Below are positions 61,659-64,000 of a DNA stretch of 64,000 bases, in pieces. This DNA comes from an uncultured delta proteobacterium (GTDB lineage Bacteria > Myxococcota_A > Polyangia > Polyangiales > Polyangiaceae). The translations under genes were made by a program, and so were the position numbers. Location of the stretch: the NCBI GenBank assembly GCA_963782055.1, contig CAWAIF010000003.1, forward strand, positions 5,184,001-5,248,000. Reading direction: 5' to 3'. The notes beneath the pieces were generated by a model. It made no database searches, was not told the origin of the DNA, and saw only the letters and a list, made by a program, of their open reading frames with translations. Within the stretch, counting starts at the first letter, position 1; the number at the start of each line of letters is the position of its first letter.

Positions 61659-63526
61659 CTCCGACCTGGTATGTGAAGTCTCGCGACGGGATTATCCCGC
61701 CCCATTGCACCGACGTACCCCCGATTGTTCAGTTCGCTCCATTGACCGTGAACGTCGCGAACATACTTGTGCCAATGCCCTCCGCCTCCGGCTTCAGGAT
61801 CGAAGTCTACCTCGTAAAGCCGCGTCCTACCTCCAGAGAGACGCTCCAATCGCTCGAACCCAACTCTACCTGTCGCTGTTTTTGGAAGTTCGGCAAACCC
61901 CGCTTCGGTGAGCTTCGGCCGAACCGAGCGCAGGCTTTGGTTGAATAGGTCGAGGTCTATCCCGGGTGCCCGTACACGTACGCCAACGGGGAATTCGTCT
62001 CCGACGGGCGGAGGCCTCCGGCCGATGGCTCCTTCTGTATCACCTGCTAGTTCACCGAGGTCCCCTACCTCTCCTTGGCCCGAGACGAAGACAAGCGCAA
62101 GATTGAAAACTCCTGACGCGGCCTTGCCGGCGCCTTCACCCCTTTCGCCTTGGGTAGCGGCGCCGGTAGCGGTGGCCAGCCCACTCTGAATCGTGTCTGC
62201 AATGGATCCAATAACTGCGAATAGCTCACGTCCAGGGTTGTAGGTTATGAATGCGGCCTTGAGGTATGACTTCAGTGCGCCGCCCAGGTCACCTGCCGTG
62301 AGCTTGTCCAGTACCTCAGTACCAGGCCGGGCTTGCGTCTTGAGGGTCCTTGTGGAGATCCATCCGGTTTGATGCTCGATGAAGCCGCTGATAACGGACC
62401 CTCCCCAGGACTCCCATTGCCCGTGAACCGTCGCGCCGCGTAACTGATCGGTTCGTGGTGCGGATTGCTCCATCTTGATGGCCGCGGCAACATGTGCGGG
62501 ATCGAGCTTCGGTTGGTGTAATGAAGTGTGTTTCGGTATCGGCTTCGGCCTCGCCTTACGTGCCGTGAATGGTATGTATGCTTGAAGGAACGCGGCCGCC
62601 GTGGCAAGATGTGCCGCTTGACCAAACTGTGCTGCGAGCCTCTTTCGGAGACCCTGCACGTTTGGATCCGTGTCCTGGCGCCCGTCTGGATCGACGAGAG
62701 TGGTAGGCCGGTTTCGCACGTAAGCGTAGGCGTTGTCGACGCCGCGGCCCGACGGATCTACCGCCGTCCACCTGCCGAGCCACGCCGCATAGTACCTCGC
62801 CCCGTAGTAATGCAGCGCGGTCTCCTCGTCCCTCTCCTTGCCATTGTACCGGTACCTCCGCTTGCTCACCTCCCCGGTCTCCGACCGGAACGACGTCGCC
62901 CCGAAGGCGAAGTACTCTTCGTACGAGATGATGCTGCCGTCCTCCTTGACCTCGACGCAGGTGGACTCGAGCTGGTCGGCGAGCTGGTAGCGCTGCCGCG
63001 AGGTGGGCGAGGTCACGGTGCTCCCGCCCGTCACCGTGAGCGTCTCGACCATCGCGATGCGCCGCACGTCGTCCATGACGTGCAGGGTCTGTCGCTCCTC
63101 CTGCACCGTGGCGGTCCCGCCGGAGACGGTCGACTCCCGCCAGATCTCGTACCCGCCGAGGTAGATGCGCTCGTCGCGCAGGGCGCTCGTCTTGTCCCAG
63201 ACCTTGCGCACGCGCTGGCCGGCGGAGTCGTACACGAAGTAGACCGTACCACCTCCGCCGAGGTCGGCACTCTGCATGCGGTCCGCCCAGTCCCACGCGA
63301 TGGTGGACAGGTGGGGCATGGCCGTCATGTTGCCGCGCTCGTCGTGGTCGTAGGTGCCGGAGTAGGGGCCGCCGGAGGGGTCGCCGGGCATCTCGGTCGT
63401 GGCGAGCTTGTTGGAGGAGGAGTCGTAGGTGTAGTGGCGGTTCCAGTTGGCGCTGGTGGCGGTGTGGAACATCCCGAGGATGTTGCCGACCTCGTCGTAG
63501 TCGTAGGTCTGGGTGTACGAGCGCAT
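61655..63526 (-). CDS. Orphan RHS core plus variable toxin tip
   Basis: YDYDEVGN, YEEYFAFG, RYRYNGKERDEETALHYYGARYYAAWLGRW, PTTLVDPDG; only the last part of an RHS protein. Confidence 0.85.
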   Translation of the reverse strand: MRSYTQTYDYDEVGNILGMFHTATSANWNRHYTYDSSSNKLATTEMPGDPSGGPYSGTYDHDERGNMTAMPHLSTIAWDWADRMQSADLGGGGTVYFVYDSAGQRVRKVWDKTSALRDERIYLGGYEIWRESTVSGGTATVQEERQTLHVMDDVRRIAMVETLTVTGGSTVTSPTSRQRYQLADQLESTCVEVKEDGSIISYEEYFAFGATSFRSETGEVSKRRYRYNGKERDEETALHYYGARYYAAWLGRWTAVDPSGRGVDNAYAYVRNRPTTLVDPDGRQDTDPNVQGLRKRLAAQFGQAAHLATAAAFLQAYIPFTARKARPKPIPKHTSLHQPKLDPAHVAAAIKMEQSAPRTDQLRGATVHGQWESWGGSVISGFIEHQTGWISTRTLKTQARPGTEVLDKLTAGDLGGALKSYLKAAFITYNPGRELFAVIGSIADTIQSGLATATGAATQGERGEGAGKAASGVFNLALVFVSGQGEVGDLGELAGDTEGAIGRRPPPVGDEFPVGVRVRAPGIDLDLFNQSLRSVRPKLTEAGFAELPKTATGRVGFERLERLSGGRTRLYEVDFDPEAGGGGHWHKYVRDVHGQWSELNNRGYVGAMGRDNPVARLHIPGRR

Positions 63527-63794
63527 GGAGGAGGGATGCCCCTCCGGGCGCCATGCTCGGGCTCGTGCTCGCCGTCGCGCGTGCCGTCCGTGGGTGCATG
63601 ATCACGGACTACGGCACGCACGACGGCTTGCGCGCGAGCCCTGCGCGTGGCGCCCCTCCCCTCGATGTCGCGCTCGCGCGCGCCATCGGGGAGGCTGGTC
63701 GGCTGCACGGTGCGGACCTCGGCGCGGGGAACAGGCAATCGCCAGCTGGTGCCGGGGGAGGCTTGCTCCTAGGCCACTATCGAGGTACGCCTAC

Positions 63795-63988
63795 GGCGTA
63801 CCGCCTGAGGATGCGGGCCGCAATCGAGCGAGTGAGTCGCATTTGCGGCGACGTCTTCTGGGCGCGGCCGCACGGGGCGTACGGCGGACGGACGCCGGAG
63901 GAGGTGCATGCCGGGCGAGACGCCGTTGCCGGGCACCTAAAACAACTCGTGCTCTTCGATGGCCGGCTGCGGCGGTGGCGCTTCTCGT
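63795..63988 (+). repeat. ~195-bp direct repeat B
   Basis: Matches 60667-60860, diverging towards the 3' end. Confidence 0.8.
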
Positions 63989-64000
63989 GGCGCCCATCGC

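Overview
High-GC window whose gene content (CsgA-like SDR, DUF4132 protein, Ser/Thr kinase, many Cys-rich 'DAG'-linker lipoproteins) suggests a myxobacterium (inference). The dominant structure is a ~99-bp unit, CGCATAGGAAAT..GAAATCCAT-CTT-ATGCGAAGTGGGGCCGTCCGGTGTCACTGGAAGGACGGACCAGGGTG, present at nine positions, all in the same orientation. Two copies are intact (43862, 60569), one lacks its core (15288), and two are isolated halves bracketing a 9.9-kb block (2503, 12371). Four are split at the CTT core by a 2.3-2.5-kb module encoding a tyrosine recombinase plus an IS91-family (HUH/Y2) transposase. The DNA between units is a set of unrelated 2.4-10.4-kb cargo segments: ECF/anti-sigma, kinase, Sel1 protein, type I R-M with other defence-like genes, and RHS toxin/immunity fragments. 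Several of them begin or end in the middle of a gene exactly at the unit boundary. The unit has an IS91 oriIS-like left end and a hairpin right end, and the int-tnp module has attC-like terminal symmetry. Together this suggests an integron-like gene-capture and shuffling array, in which a rolling-circle transposase would plant the sites and a non-IntI tyrosine recombinase would recombine them (hypothesis, not demonstrated). A group IIC-like intron, itself disrupted by an IS4-family element, sits exactly in one crossover core. Protein family calls come from motif recognition only; no database searches were run.
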